In this document: in pieces, positions 46,195 to 56,067 of the stretch | How the letters are laid out: the number at the start of each line of letters is the position of its first letter | Position numbering within the stretch: position 1 is the first letter of the stretch | Assembly: GCA_035510735.1 (NCBI GenBank) | Contig: DATKGN010000012.1 | Span: forward strand, 9,013 to 73,012 | Origin: Patescibacteria group bacterium | Lineage (GTDB): Bacteria; Patescibacteriota; Microgenomatia; UBA10105; UBA927 | Length of the DNA: 64,000 nucleotides | Reading direction: 5' to 3' | Program-made: the position numbers and the translations under genes | Notes under the pieces: generated by a model | Told to the model about the DNA's origin: nothing | The model's input: the letters and a program-made list of their open reading frames with translations, nothing else | Databases searched by the model: none

Positions 46195-48093
46195 ATGGCA
46201 GAAAAAACTATACAGAAACCAAAACGCCCCGCAAACGGCAAAAAAGTCGGGAAGATGTTTGAATTTAAGTTTGAATTAAATTTTAAAAACATCATTATCG
46301 GATTGTTTATTATTTTCCTCATCTTTTCGCTTATCGGAAGCCTCAACGGACAAAACAGTCTGACGCCCGAAAAGCCATTGTCGACGGTTATAAGTGATGT
46401 AAAGGCGGGAAAAGTTGAACGGATTGACGTTGAGGATACGAAACTTACCGTACAGTACAAAAACGGTGATAAGGTTGTATCCCACAAAGAACCACAGGAA
46501 TCGCTTGTCCGGACGCTTGAAACATCGGGAGCTGATCCGAGTAAAACTGAAATTAATATAAAAGATACGAGTGCCGGTCAATTATGGATAGGGATAATTT
46601 CCAATATTTTGCCTCTCGTCCTCACGGTGCTTTTTTTCCTTTTTCTGTTCCGGCAAGCGCGGGGCGCCCAGGATAATCTTTTCAGTTTCGGTCAAAGCAA
46701 GGCGCGAATATTTCAGAAGGATCTGCCAAAAGTGACATTTGCCGATGTTGCCGGGGTCGATGAGGCAAAAAAAGAATTGGAAGAGGTTGTCGATTTCTTA
46801 AAAAATCCTGCAAAATATAAAGCTCTTGGCGCCCGGACGCCCAAGGGCGTTATCCTTGTCGGCCCCAGCGGAACAGGGAAAACACTCCTTGCCAAGGCGA
46901 TGGCGGGGGAAGCACACACCGCATTTTTCAGTATTGCAGGAAGTGAATTTATGGAGATGCTCGTCGGGGTAGGAGCCGCGAGAGTCCGCGACCTCTTTGC
47001 TAATGCAAAAAAGAGCGCGCCCGCAATCATTTTCATTGATGAAGTTGATGCGATTGGACGCATGCGGAGTGTCGGCATCATGGGGGGTCATGATGAGCGG
47101 GAACAGACGCTCAATCAGATTCTTGTCGAGATGGACGGATTTGAACCGAATACTGCGGTCCTTATCGTTGCCGCAACAAACCGAGGAGATCTTTTAGATC
47201 CCGCACTTCTTAGGCCCGGACGGTTTGACCGTCGGGTTGTATTAGATTTGCCCGATATGGAAGGCCGTAAGGCTATATTGAAGATTCACGCGAGAGGTAA
47301 GCCGTTTGTCATCAATCTCGATTGGGATAAGGTTTCTAAACGGACTGTCGGATTTAGTGGGGCAGATTTGGAAAATATGCTCAATGAGGCCGCGATTTTA
47401 GCCGCCCGCGAGAATAAAAAAGAAATCGATATGAAAGATATCGAAGAGGCGGCAACGAAAGTAAAGCTCGGTCCTGAGAAAAAACGCCTGCAGAGCGATT
47501 TAGACCGGAAAATGACCGCGTATCACGAAGGCGGACATGCGGTCGTCTCGTATTTTAGTCCGAACCTCGATATTGTTCATCGGATTAGTATCGTTTCCCG
47601 TGGTATGGCGCTTGGCTATACACTCGCTCCTCCTGAAAAGGATCGCCTCCATGAAACGAAGTCTCGGCTTATTGAGGAAATTGCCATGACGATGGGTGGG
47701 AGGGCGGCAGAGCAGTTGATTTTCAATGAAATGACGAGCGGTGCGGCCAACGATATCGATCAAGCGACACGGATTGCCCGCTATATGGTAATGGAATTTG
47801 GCATGAGCGATCTTGGACCCATCAACTTCGGTCCTCAGATGGATATCACCGAGTGGGGGAAAAGCATGATGGAGCAAAATCCTGTGTCCCAGGATATGCA
47901 AAGTGCTATCGACCGGGAAGTCAAAAAGTTTTTGGATGAGGGATACCGGAAGGCCGCTGAAATTCTCAAGAAACATCGGAAACAACTTGACCTTATTGCT
48001 GAGGCGCTTATCAAGAAAGAAACAGTCGAAAGTGAAGAGTTTGAAGCACTTATGGGCGGGCCGAAAGAACGGACACTCAGTAACAAACAATAA
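46195..48093 (+). CDS. ftsH: ATP-dependent zinc metalloprotease FtsH
   Basis: 2 [22 protein letters not shown]. Confidence 0.97.
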   Translation: MAEKTIQKPKRPANGKKVGKMFEFKFELNFKNIIIGLFIIFLIFSLIGSLNGQNSLTPEKPLSTVISDVKAGKVERIDVEDTKLTVQYKNGDKVVSHKEPQESLVRTLETSGADPSKTEINIKDTSAGQLWIGIISNILPLVLTVLFFLFLFRQARGAQDNLFSFGQSKARIFQKDLPKVTFADVAGVDEAKKELEEVVDFLKNPAKYKALGARTPKGVILVGPSGTGKTLLAKAMAGEAHTAFFSIAGSEFMEMLVGVGAARVRDLFANAKKSAPAIIFIDEVDAIGRMRSVGIMGGHDEREQTLNQILVEMDGFEPNTAVLIVAATNRGDLLDPALLRPGRFDRRVVLDLPDMEGRKAILKIHARGKPFVINLDWDKVSKRTVGFSGADLENMLNEAAILAARENKKEIDMKDIEEAATKVKLGPEKKRLQSDLDRKMTAYHEGGHAVVSYFSPNLDIVHRISIVSRGMALGYTLAPPEKDRLHETKSRLIEEIAMTMGGRAAEQLIFNEMTSGAANDIDQATRIARYMVMEFGMSDLGPINFGPQMDITEWGKSMMEQNPVSQDMQSAIDREVKKFLDEGYRKAAEILKKHRKQLDLIAEALIKKETVESEEFEALMGGPKERTLSNKQ

Positions 48094-48157
48094 GTCCACC
48101 TCATCGACTGGTCGCCCGCGAGGCGACAATAACAAAATAATCGAATATAATAGCCCC

Positions 48158-49237
48158 ATGAATCGTTTGGTTCTCATTGACGGAAACGCAGTACTCCACC
48201 GCGCCTTTCACGCCATTCCTCCTTTGACTGCCCCTGACGGGAGTGTGGTAAATGCGGTGTACGGTTTTGCCACAATGCTTCTCCGGCTGTATCACGATTT
48301 GAATCCCACATATATGATTGTGGCGTTTGACCGGCCGAAACCAACCTTTCGGAAAAAAATGTATAAAAAATATCAGGCGACCCGGCCGAAGATGGATGAA
48401 GCGCTCGTCGGACAAATTGAGAAAGTGCATGAACTTGTGAGAGCCTTTGGGATTCCGATCTTTGAAAAAGATGGATTTGAGGCGGACGACGTCATTGGAA
48501 CGCTTTGTAAGAAAGCACTCGGGTCTGTCATCCCGGGCTTGACCCGGGATCCATCTTCTCGTCAAAAACTGGATTCCGGCTCGGAGGCCGAAATGACAAT
48601 ACAGAAAACTGGATTCCGGCTCGGAGGCCGGAATGACAACAAGAATAATATCGATCAGATTATTATTGTGACGGGAGACCGAGATATCCTTCAGCTTGTT
48701 GATGAGACAACATATGTCTATATGCCGACCAAAGGATTATCGGAAGCGAAATTATATAAAGATGCGGACGTAAAAGAACGTATGGGTGTCGCACCCAAAA
48801 AAATTCCGGATTTTAAAGGGCTTGCCGGAGATGCCTCTGATAACTATCCGGGCGTCGAAGGGATTGGACCTAAAACTGCAATTGCGCTTCTTGAGCGATT
48901 CGGTTCCGTCGAGGGAGTTTATATAGCGCTCAAGAAGAAAGACAAACGACTCAAAGAAGTTTCCTCTTCAGTTATTAAAAAACTGGAAGCAGGCAAAAAG
49001 GATGCAGCACTCTCAAAGGATCTCGCAACCATCAGAACTACTGTTGATGTCACGCCAACATTTGATAAGCCGATGACGTCACTTGATACAAAAGAGGCGC
49101 GGAAGTTTTTTGATCACATGCATTTTCACTCATTATTGAAACGCCTGACGAACGGGGGAGCGACTGTTGAAATGAAAAAAACCAAGAAGAGTGAAAAAAC
49201 AAAAGATACGTCTGGCGAACAACAACAGTTATTTTAA
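48158..49237 (+). CDS. Stand-alone 5'-3' exonuclease (PolA N-terminal/FEN)
   Basis: LIDG..HRAFHA, EADDVIG, TGDRD, GDASDNYPGVEGIGPKTA; no polymerase domain. Confidence 0.92.
   Translation: MNRLVLIDGNAVLHRAFHAIPPLTAPDGSVVNAVYGFATMLLRLYHDLNPTYMIVAFDRPKPTFRKKMYKKYQATRPKMDEALVGQIEKVHELVRAFGIPIFEKDGFEADDVIGTLCKKALGSVIPGLTRDPSSRQKLDSGSEAEMTIQKTGFRLGGRNDNKNNIDQIIIVTGDRDILQLVDETTYVYMPTKGLSEAKLYKDADVKERMGVAPKKIPDFKGLAGDASDNYPGVEGIGPKTAIALLERFGSVEGVYIALKKKDKRLKEVSSSVIKKLEAGKKDAALSKDLATIRTTVDVTPTFDKPMTSLDTKEARKFFDHMHFHSLLKRLTNGGATVEMKKTKKSEKTKDTSGEQQQLF
48526..48638. repeat. REP/RPE-like element, in frame within the exonuclease
   Basis: tgtcatcccgggcttgacccgggatcca plus two copies of tggattccggctcggaggccgRaatgaca at 40-nt spacing. 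Confidence 0.88.
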
Positions 49238-49238
49238 T

Positions 49239-49868
49239 ATGCGACGAATTCACTTTTATCACAATACAAAAGATGAAACGCATTGTTATCAGGCGTCTCT
49301 ACGCATGATACTTAAGTATTTTTTGCCTCACGAAAATTTTACCTTTAAACAACTTGACGTAATGACGGGTAAGAAAGAGGGTTTGTGGTCATGGATAATG
49401 CAGGGTGCTATTGCGCTTAAGAAAAGAGGGTTTGAGATAAAAGATATTGAGTCGTTCGATTACAAATCATTTTTGCATAGTCCTAAAGAATACCTACATA
49501 CTCTGGCAAGCAAAGATGTCGTGGATACGTGGATTCAATACAGTGATATCGAGGCGGAAAAACGTAATGCAGAGAAATTTATTAAAGAAGTTGAATTTGA
49601 AAAACGACAGCCGCATTATAGAGATATTATTGATTTATTGGGTAAGAAATATCTTCTGATATGCAATATAAATATAAAAACCCTCAACCGTAAAATGGGG
49701 TACGCCGGACATTTCGTTCTTATATTTCGTGCAACTGAGCATACTATTTGGCTTCACGATCCGGGACTTCCACCGAGAAAAAAAAGAAGGGTAACTCGGA
49801 GAGTATTTGAAGAGGCTTGGGCATATCCTAATGAGAAAGCGAAAAATATCGTTGCGTTTAAGAGATAG
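49239..49868 (+). CDS. Peptidase C39-like (papain fold) protein
   Basis: HCYQASLRM...GHFVLI...LHDPG Cys-His-Asp. Confidence 0.75.
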   Translation: MRRIHFYHNTKDETHCYQASLRMILKYFLPHENFTFKQLDVMTGKKEGLWSWIMQGAIALKKRGFEIKDIESFDYKSFLHSPKEYLHTLASKDVVDTWIQYSDIEAEKRNAEKFIKEVEFEKRQPHYRDIIDLLGKKYLLICNINIKTLNRKMGYAGHFVLIFRATEHTIWLHDPGLPPRKKRRVTRRVFEEAWAYPNEKAKNIVAFKR

Positions 49869-49870
49869 AT

Positions 49871-49975
49871 ATGAAAATCGCAATTGTACATGACCCCAAA
49901 CCGTGCTTGCTTGCTCGCAGGGGCTACGTCCCTGCCTCGCAAGAGCGCAGTTTCGGGGCAAGTTTTTTACTATGA
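49871..49975 (+). pseudogene. Remnant 5' end of a GT4 gene followed by a palindrome
   Basis: Encodes MKIAIVHD (cf. MKIALVHD at 49972), then hairpin sequence; its TGA overlaps the next ATG. Confidence 0.55.
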
Positions 49976-51285
49976 AAATTGCTTTAGTACACGATTTCCT
50001 TCGTGAGTATGGGGGTGCAGAGAGGGTTGTAGAAGCCTTGCATGAACTGTGGCCGGAAGCCCCTCTTTATACAGCATTTGTCGATTGGGAAGCGCTCGGA
50101 AGCCATGCCTACCGGTTTAAAAATTGGGACATCCGTCCGAGTTGGGTGCAGCATAACTGGCTGGTTAAAAAATTCCATTCGCCTTTACGGTTTTTGGCAC
50201 CTGATGTGTGGGGAAGTTTTGATCTTTCAGGCTACGATGTGGTTATCTCAAGCAGCGGTTGGTTTATGTGCCGGGGAGTAAATACTGGACGCGCGAAGGT
50301 CAGTGTGCCGTGGTTCTCGCGCCGTCAAGGTCCAGATCTTTTTTCCCTCCATGATCGTACAACTGCCAAGGCTGTGACGGCGCTCAAAACGACACACCTC
50401 CCCGCATATCGTCATGGGCCTCTTCATATTTGTTATATTCATCACCCTCCGCGCAATCTCTACGGATATGCGACCGGAAGCAATCTTCAAAAATATTGGC
50501 CGGTACGTGTATATACAACGATTATTAATTTTTTCCTCCGGCATTATGATTTCGCGACCGCGCAGAAGGTGGACTATTTTGTCGCCAACTCCAAAGAAAC
50601 GGCTAAAAGGGTCACAAAGTTTTATCGAAGAGATTCGACAGTTATTTATCCGCCAGTCGATGTGAGCGTAACAAGCGACAAACAACATGCAACAAGTCAG
50701 AAACAAAACATGTCGCATGTCCCTGGTCACATGTCTCAATCAGATTATTTTCTTAGCGTTGGCCGGTTAACATATTCCAAGCGAATTGATCTGGCAATTA
50801 TTGCATGCAATAAGCTTAAACTTCCGTTAAAAATCGTCGGGAAGGGGAAAGAGGAAACGTATTTACGTTCGATTGCGGCCCGTCCGCCATCGGCTGACGC
50901 CGAAGGCGCTGCCGGGTGGAGCCCGACTATAGAATTTATCGGCGGCGTATCAGATGCGGAATTATCAAAACTTTATGCCGGTGCAAGAGGATTTATATTC
51001 TGTGCTCTTGATGAGGATTTCGGTATGGTTCCGGTTGAGTCGATGGCACATGGCGTTCCGGTTATTGCGCTGGGGCAGGGAGGCGTGTTGGAAACTGTTA
51101 TCGACGGGAAAACAGGAGTGCTATTTAAAGACGCAACAACCGAAAGTCTTGAAACAGCCCTTAAAAAATTCATGCGTATGAAAAAAGATTGGTCGAGAGA
51201 CTGTGTCGCACAGGCAAAGAAATTCAGTAAGGAGAATTTTCAAAATGCATTTAAGAAATTCGTGGATGATAAATTTTTTGAGTAA
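49972..51285 (+). CDS. GT4 glycosyltransferase with three in-frame insertions
   Basis: GGAERV, VANS, VIYPPV, VGRL..KR, EDFGMVPVESMAHG. Confidence 0.92.
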   Translation: MKIALVHDFLREYGGAERVVEALHELWPEAPLYTAFVDWEALGSHAYRFKNWDIRPSWVQHNWLVKKFHSPLRFLAPDVWGSFDLSGYDVVISSSGWFMCRGVNTGRAKVSVPWFSRRQGPDLFSLHDRTTAKAVTALKTTHLPAYRHGPLHICYIHHPPRNLYGYATGSNLQKYWPVRVYTTIINFFLRHYDFATAQKVDYFVANSKETAKRVTKFYRRDSTVIYPPVDVSVTSDKQHATSQKQNMSHVPGHMSQSDYFLSVGRLTYSKRIDLAIIACNKLKLPLKIVGKGKEETYLRSIAARPPSADAEGAAGWSPTIEFIGGVSDAELSKLYAGARGFIFCALDEDFGMVPVESMAHGVPVIALGQGGVLETVIDGKTGVLFKDATTESLETALKKFMRMKKDWSRDCVAQAKKFSKENFQNAFKKFVDDKFFE

Positions 51286-51298
51286 ACAAGCTCCAAAT

Positions 51299-51508
51299 AT
51301 GAACAATCCAGAACAGATTATCATTCCAAAGAGTGCAATGATTAATTTGAGTCATCACGAGGACGATGATGTATTCATTGTAGAAACCCCTATCATAGCA
51401 ATTCCTGTTGGCAAGTTAGAGAATGGAGGAATTCCCGTGCGAATCCCCAGCTTGGATCCAGAACGGACATATTATTACCACCAACCAGAGAAAAGCGCCA
51501 CAGAGTAG
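51299..51508 (+). CDS. Small hypothetical protein
   Basis: 69-codon ORF from ATG 51299 filling the intergenic space. Confidence 0.35.
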   Translation: MNNPEQIIIPKSAMINLSHHEDDDVFIVETPIIAIPVGKLENGGIPVRIPSLDPERTYYYHQPEKSATE

Positions 51509-51522
51509 CGTATAATTCACTT

Positions 51523-53328
51523 ATGGCGGCCCCAGTTCTTGAAGTTTCAGGACTTACGAAGCAGTACGGCGATTTTGTTGCCGTTAACCACATATCTTTT
51601 GGCGTGAAGGAGGGGGAAATTGTAGGACTTTTGGGTCCGAATGGAGCCGGGAAAACAACGACAATTCAGATGCTGTTGGGTTTAACAAAACCATCAAACG
51701 GAATTGTCCGATTTTTCGGTCATGATCTTGAATCCCATCATGAAGAAATCATGGAACGCATCAACTACGTCTCCGCGTATTCTGAAATGCAGTCGAGAGT
51801 TACGGTGAAAGAGAGTCTGGAAGTGTTTGCAGGTCTGTATGCGGTAACAAATAGTAAAAAGAAAATTGACGACGTCGTTGAGCTTTTGGGTATTTCTCAT
51901 AAAATGAACTCGCTCTACTGGTATCTCTCCTCAGGCGAAAAAGCACGGGTGAATATGGCCAAAGCCCTCCTTAATAATCCGGAGCTCATCCTCATGGATG
52001 AGCCGACTGCGAGCTTAGATCCGGAAATCGTCAATACCATACTTAATCTCATTGCCAATATGCGTAAAACCGAGCGGATTGCGATACTTTACACGAGCCA
52101 CAATATGAGTGAAGTGAGTCGGCTTTGTGACCGCGTTATTTTCCTCCATCATGGGGCTATTATTGCGACGGATACGCCGTTAGGATTATCCAGGCGCGTC
52201 GGAGTCGCGACACTACGGCTGACATTTGATAAGGACCTTCGGCCCGTGACGAAATACCTTCTCACTGAAAAATACGAATATACTATGGTGAATCCGCATA
52301 TGGTGTTGGTGTCGCTTGATGAAAAGGAAATTCCGAAAGTATTATTCGGTCTTAAAAACGCGGGAGTTTGGATTACCGACATCGAAATCGAAAAACCGGA
52401 TCTTGAAGACGTGTTTTTGGCTGTTGCCAAGGGAGGCGCTGCCGCACTCGACAATAACATTGTTGATGTTTCAGACGTCGATGCGACACAAGGGTCTGTA
52501 TTTCTCAATACCTCTGACGGCATTGAGAAACGGTCTCTACGCATGCGTTGGCACAGGGTTAAAATCATCGTTTTTTATGCCTGGCACCACCTGAGTCACA
52601 GTGTGGAAACGTGGATGGATATCTTTTGGTTTCCCATGATCCAGGCGTTTGTTTTCGGCGGCGTTGCGGTATTTTTTTCCCGTATAAGCGGTGGATCATC
52701 CGGAATATTTGTCGTTATGGGCATTATTCTCTGGTATGCGATGGAGGCGGGGACTTATTCCATAACCGTCGGTACGCTTTGGGAGGTTTGGGCCCACAGT
52801 TTCAGCAGTTTATTTGTGAGCCCCTTAACCATCGAAGAGTTTGTTGTAGGACATATGCTATTCGGATTGTTTAAGCAGGTCAGCACTGTGGCTATTCTAT
52901 CCATCGTCGGATATCTGACATTTCATTTTTCTATATTTTCTGTCGGCATGACACTTCCCGTGCATTTGCTCCTTCTTATCATCTTCGGCAATGCGGTCGG
53001 CATGTTTACTTTGGGGATGATATTACGGCTTGGTACCAGGCTCCAGTCGCTTGCGTGGGGGTTTATTTATATTATTCAGCCGATTGTCGGAGTTTTTTAT
53101 CCGGTATCGGTTCTTCCATCAGTCGTTCAGAAGATCGCCTATGCATTGCCGCCGACGTATATTTTTGAATCAGCGCGTGCTGCAGTTCTGACCGGCAGTC
53201 CGATTTGGAATAATCTTGAGATCGCAGGTGTGCTAAATATTGCCTATTTTGTCCTTTCCTATCTCTTTATGAAAGATATGTGGGAATGGGCGCGAAGGAC
53301 CGGAGCGCTTGCGAGGATGGAAGAGTGA
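51523..53328 (+). CDS. ABC-2 type exporter, ATPase fused to permease
   Basis: GPNGAGKTT, LSSGE, MDEP; C-terminal multi-TM ABC-2 domain (GVFYPVSVLP). Confidence 0.85.
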   Translation: MAAPVLEVSGLTKQYGDFVAVNHISFGVKEGEIVGLLGPNGAGKTTTIQMLLGLTKPSNGIVRFFGHDLESHHEEIMERINYVSAYSEMQSRVTVKESLEVFAGLYAVTNSKKKIDDVVELLGISHKMNSLYWYLSSGEKARVNMAKALLNNPELILMDEPTASLDPEIVNTILNLIANMRKTERIAILYTSHNMSEVSRLCDRVIFLHHGAIIATDTPLGLSRRVGVATLRLTFDKDLRPVTKYLLTEKYEYTMVNPHMVLVSLDEKEIPKVLFGLKNAGVWITDIEIEKPDLEDVFLAVAKGGAAALDNNIVDVSDVDATQGSVFLNTSDGIEKRSLRMRWHRVKIIVFYAWHHLSHSVETWMDIFWFPMIQAFVFGGVAVFFSRISGGSSGIFVVMGIILWYAMEAGTYSITVGTLWEVWAHSFSSLFVSPLTIEEFVVGHMLFGLFKQVSTVAILSIVGYLTFHFSIFSVGMTLPVHLLLLIIFGNAVGMFTLGMILRLGTRLQSLAWGFIYIIQPIVGVFYPVSVLPSVVQKIAYALPPTYIFESARAAVLTGSPIWNNLEIAGVLNIAYFVLSYLFMKDMWEWARRTGALARMEE

Positions 53329-53421
53329 CATGACAAAGATTGCATTTTTGTTTGACAAATCAGGAAATTTTGCTAATATATAGAGAACGCGTCAAATGGC
53401 GCGTTTTTGTAGCATAAACGA

Positions 53422-54126
53422 ATGACTAATAACGGAAATGTTTTTGTTCTCTCCCTCGGCGGATCACTCGTTGTCCCCAACGGTGGTATTGATACTAAAT
53501 TCCTTTGCGACTTCAACGCATTCATACGAGACCAAATCTCCTCCAAAAAGAGGAGATTTTTTATTACGGTGGGCGGAGGCGGGACAACAAGACACTATCA
53601 GAAAGCAGCTTCAGAAGTGCGGAGGGAACAGGTTGATGATATTGATTTGGATTGGCTTGGACTTCATGCAACGCGGCTCAATGCTCAACTCATCAGAACC
53701 ATTTTCCGTGATATCGCTGACCAACGGGTCATAAAACACTATGAGGTCATACTCAAGATTGATAGACCGGTGGCAATAGCAGCCGGATGGAAACCGGGAT
53801 GGAGCACGGATTACTGTGCAGTCACGATTTGTCAGGACTACAACATTCCCTCCCTCATTAACCTCACTAATATCGACCACGTTTACGACAGCGACCCGAG
53901 AACAAATCCCAAAGCAAAAGCCCTCAAAGACATCTCCTGGAAAAAATACAGGGGTATGATCGGGGATAAATGGGTTCCCGGAATGAATGCGCCGTTTGAT
54001 CCTGTGGCCTCTAAATTAGCGGAAGATCTTGAAGTGACTGTAAAAATTCTTGACGGGAAAAATCTTCGCAATCTTGCATCAGCCCTCGATGATAAATCCT
54101 TTACCGGCACGATCATCCATACGTAG
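53422..54126 (+). CDS. pyrH: UMP kinase, archaeal type
   Basis: SLGGS, GGG..RHYQ, D..G..ATRLNA, PGWSTD, PFDP. Confidence 0.9.
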   Translation: MTNNGNVFVLSLGGSLVVPNGGIDTKFLCDFNAFIRDQISSKKRRFFITVGGGGTTRHYQKAASEVRREQVDDIDLDWLGLHATRLNAQLIRTIFRDIADQRVIKHYEVILKIDRPVAIAAGWKPGWSTDYCAVTICQDYNIPSLINLTNIDHVYDSDPRTNPKAKALKDISWKKYRGMIGDKWVPGMNAPFDPVASKLAEDLEVTVKILDGKNLRNLASALDDKSFTGTIIHT

Positions 54127-54146
54127 TCGTGTGGTAGAATAGGCCG

Positions 54147-55220
54147 ATGATTCTTGATGCGCTCACTCTTCAACAATTTCGAAGCTACGCAAAGCAAACA
54201 TTTACGTTTTCTCCTCATGCAACTCTTATTGTCGGTGTGAACACAGCGGGGAAGACGAATATTTTGGAAGCTATTTATTTTATTGCGACCGGAAAAAGTT
54301 TTCGCGCCGACCAGGATCGCGAGGCGATCAGATGGGGGCAGGATTTGGGCAGGATAAAAGGATTGGTAGGAGAGACAAAATTAGAAATCGTCATGACTGG
54401 AAGTATGTTAACCGGTGAGTCTGCGCCTTCAAAACGATATTTCGTAAACGGGGTAGCGAGACGTCTCATTGATTTTATCGGCAATTTTCGCGCGGTACTT
54501 TTTTGGCCGGAACACCTTGAACTTATTACCGACAGCCCGAGTACGCGGAGAAAATATTTGGATAGTGTGCTCATCCAGGTTGACCGGGAATACAGAAGAA
54601 ATCTATTATCCTATGAACGGGGATTGCGGCAAAGAAATAAATTATTGGATATTATTTTCGAAGGGAAAGCGTCGAGGAGTCAGCTCGTCTTTTGGAATCA
54701 GCTTCTTATAAAATCAGGGGGCTACCTGACGGAAGCACGCGCAACCTATATTGCATTTATCAACGCGTCGTATATCGCCGGCGCGTCGTACCGTATTATT
54801 TATGACAAAAGTGTGATATCTGAGTCCCGGTTGGTTCAATACGCCGATGAAGAGATATCCGCAAAGGCGACACTCGTCGGACCGCACAGGGATGATATTA
54901 TATTTCAAAAGCCGGAGCGGAAAGGCGAGTGGATAGATTTGAGTAAATACGGAAGCCGCGGTGAACAACGGCTCGCAATTTTATGGTTAAAACTCGCTGA
55001 AGTTTCATATGTGGAAGAGCGGGTAGGTGAGCGTCCGACGCTTCTTCTTGATGATATTTTTTCGGAGTTGGATTCTGCCCACAGGAGACTGGTCATGGAT
55101 CTTATCGGGAAACAGCAAACCATTATTACAACGGCAGAGCCAGAGGTGACCGCCCTTATGAAACGGGAATATCCACGAATAGGTGTTATATCTCTTGATG
55201 ATAGAACTGTTGTAAAATAA
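54147..55220 (+). CDS. recF: DNA repair protein RecF
   Basis: FRSY, GKTNILEA, GPHRDD, SRGEQR, LLLDDIFSELD. Confidence 0.95.
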   Translation: MILDALTLQQFRSYAKQTFTFSPHATLIVGVNTAGKTNILEAIYFIATGKSFRADQDREAIRWGQDLGRIKGLVGETKLEIVMTGSMLTGESAPSKRYFVNGVARRLIDFIGNFRAVLFWPEHLELITDSPSTRRKYLDSVLIQVDREYRRNLLSYERGLRQRNKLLDIIFEGKASRSQLVFWNQLLIKSGGYLTEARATYIAFINASYIAGASYRIIYDKSVISESRLVQYADEEISAKATLVGPHRDDIIFQKPERKGEWIDLSKYGSRGEQRLAILWLKLAEVSYVEERVGERPTLLLDDIFSELDSAHRRLVMDLIGKQQTIITTAEPEVTALMKREYPRIGVISLDDRTVVK

Positions 55221-55224
55221 CCTT

Positions 55225-56067
55225 ATGCAACCTGTAACACGTAAAGATTTAGCGGGACTTTTTGTTCCTGGGCCCGGTTCACATAAGGGGCAAAACGGAC
55301 GATTGCTCGTTATAGGCGGAAGTGAATTGTTTCATGCGGCGAGTCTTTGGGCGCTGACGGTCGCATCCAGGATTGTTGATTTGGTTCATTTTGCATCGGT
55401 TCCTGAGAATAACGAAATCGTTCTGCGAGCAAAAGAGGAATTTCGAAACGGGATCGTTATCCGGCGGGATGATATTGATGCCTATATCAAAGAAGATGAC
55501 TGTATTCTTATCGGTGTTGGTATGACAAGGGACCGCGAAACGGAAGCATTGACGAACCGTCTTTTAAAAGACTATCCCAAAAAACAGTGGGTTATCGATG
55601 CAGGTGCGCTCCAGATGATGGACCTTGCTCTCATGCCGCAGGATGCGATTATCACGCCGCATCACGGTGAGTTTACCATCGTTTGGGAGAAGGCGGTCGT
55701 ACAACACCCTGAGATTGCCGTCAACGTGACCGATGAAGATAAAGTAAAGGTATTCGGCGATCTTTATAGATGCATTGTGTTATTAAAAGGTCGGGAGGAT
55801 TTGGTATATGGGAACGAAATTTGTCATCGTGTGAGTGGGGGTAACGCTGGGATGACAAAAGGTGGAACCGGGGACGTGCTTTCGGGGCTTGCTGCGGCCC
55901 TTGTAACGAAAAATAATCCACTTCTTGCCGCAACAGCGGCAAGCTTTATTAATAAAAAAGCCGGAGATACGTTATATAAAACAGTCGGGCCGTATTTTAA
56001 TACGACCGATTTGGCAAATCAAATTCCCGCCACAATGAAGCAATTGTTTGTTAGCGAAGAAAATTGA
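55225..56067 (+). CDS. nnrD: ADP/ATP-dependent NAD(P)H-hydrate dehydratase
   Basis: HKGQNGRLLVIGGS, IDAGAL, TPHHGEF, GGTGDVLSG. Confidence 0.9.
   Translation: MQPVTRKDLAGLFVPGPGSHKGQNGRLLVIGGSELFHAASLWALTVASRIVDLVHFASVPENNEIVLRAKEEFRNGIVIRRDDIDAYIKEDDCILIGVGMTRDRETEALTNRLLKDYPKKQWVIDAGALQMMDLALMPQDAIITPHHGEFTIVWEKAVVQHPEIAVNVTDEDKVKVFGDLYRCIVLLKGREDLVYGNEICHRVSGGNAGMTKGGTGDVLSGLAAALVTKNNPLLAATAASFINKKAGDTLYKTVGPYFNTTDLANQIPATMKQLFVSEEN

Noticed and set aside
47500-48177. 225-aa minus-strand ORF and other long antisense ORFs
   Set aside because: Shadows of ftsH and other well-supported genes; no motifs.
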